A stretch of 64,000 nucleotides of DNA, from positions 1 through 64,000 of the forward strand of contig JAHBMJ010000112.1 in NCBI GenBank assembly GCA_018398765.1, read 5' to 3'. This DNA comes from Chromera velia (Eukaryota). The notes below the pieces were generated by a model that did not search any database, was not told where the DNA came from, and saw only the letters and a program-made list of their open reading frames with translations. The number at the start of each line of letters is the position of its first letter. The stretch's first letter is position 1. Both the position numbers and the translations under genes were made by a program. Shown here piece after piece: positions 63,310 to 64,000 of this stretch.

Positions 63310-63602
63310 CTGCACGAGAGAGAGAGAACGTTTTGTTTGCGCATCATGCAGTCAACAAGTGCATGGACGGTGGAAGGAAGGATTGGGTTAATGAACTGTA
63401 TTGCTGAATGAATAAAGGTACCACGTACCAGCCTACTCAGCCCAGAGAGACATTGGTTCGATTGAACAACCGCCATTTTGACCAAGTAAAGGATGGCATG
63501 GCTGTGTTTCTTTCTTTCTCGCTCCGCTCCGTTCCAAACGCCCAAATCACTCTTTCCCATCCCCCCATCCAATTGTTCCTCTACAAGGGCAGAGAGAGCC
63601 CC

Positions 63603-63686
63603 GAAAGAAAGAAAGAAAGAAAGAAAGAATGAAAGGGGAGAGAGAGAGAGAGAAAGAAAGAAAGAAAGAAAGAAAGGAAGAAAGGG

Positions 63687-63724
<38 letters not shown>

Positions 63725-63830
63725 AAGAAAGAAAGAAAGAAAGAAAAAAAGAAAGAAAGAAAAAAAGAAAGGAGGGAGGGAGAGAGAGAGAGAGAGAGAG
63801 AGAGAAAGAAAGAAAGAAAGAAAGGAGAGT

Positions 63831-63928
<98 letters not shown>

Positions 63929-63937
63929 AAGAAAGAA

Positions 63938-63968
<31 letters not shown>

Positions 63969-64000
63969 GAGAGGGAGAGAGAGAGAGAGAAAAAAAGAAA
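63603..64000. repeat. (GAAA)n/(GA)n polypurine microsatellite, intronic in hslU
   Basis: Seen directly. Confidence 0.95.

Overview
Eukaryotic, intron-rich genomic DNA. GC-richer genes with microsatellite-filled GT-AG introns (donors mostly GTCAGT/GTGAGT) alternate with AT-rich islands full of decayed repeats. The bipartite plastid presequence, nuclear HslU, frequent TGCATGCA motifs and intron style suggest a chromerid-like photosynthetic alveolate such as Chromera; this is inference, not shown. Genes spliced by hand: the 3' end of a proline-rich gene; a plastid-targeted Rubisco-LSMT-like SET protein; an orphan ORF; translation elongation factor 2; a two-domain glycosyltransferase; a Ser/Arg/Gly-rich protein; a probable MLO-like multipass protein with degenerate EF-hands; C1D/Rrp47; and the 3' half of HslU. 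Mobile DNA: a 5'-truncated LINE, a second LINE fragment, three MITEs, and a nested structure at 56.2-59.3 kb. That structure is an LTR-like element with non-canonical ends and no pol, carrying a 730-bp foldback palindrome inserted exactly at, and duplicating, its PBS-like site. Repeat copies differ almost only by C/T and G/A transitions, which suggests strong repeat-targeted, RIP-like or methylation-driven C-to-T mutagenesis. All alignments and counts are by eye.
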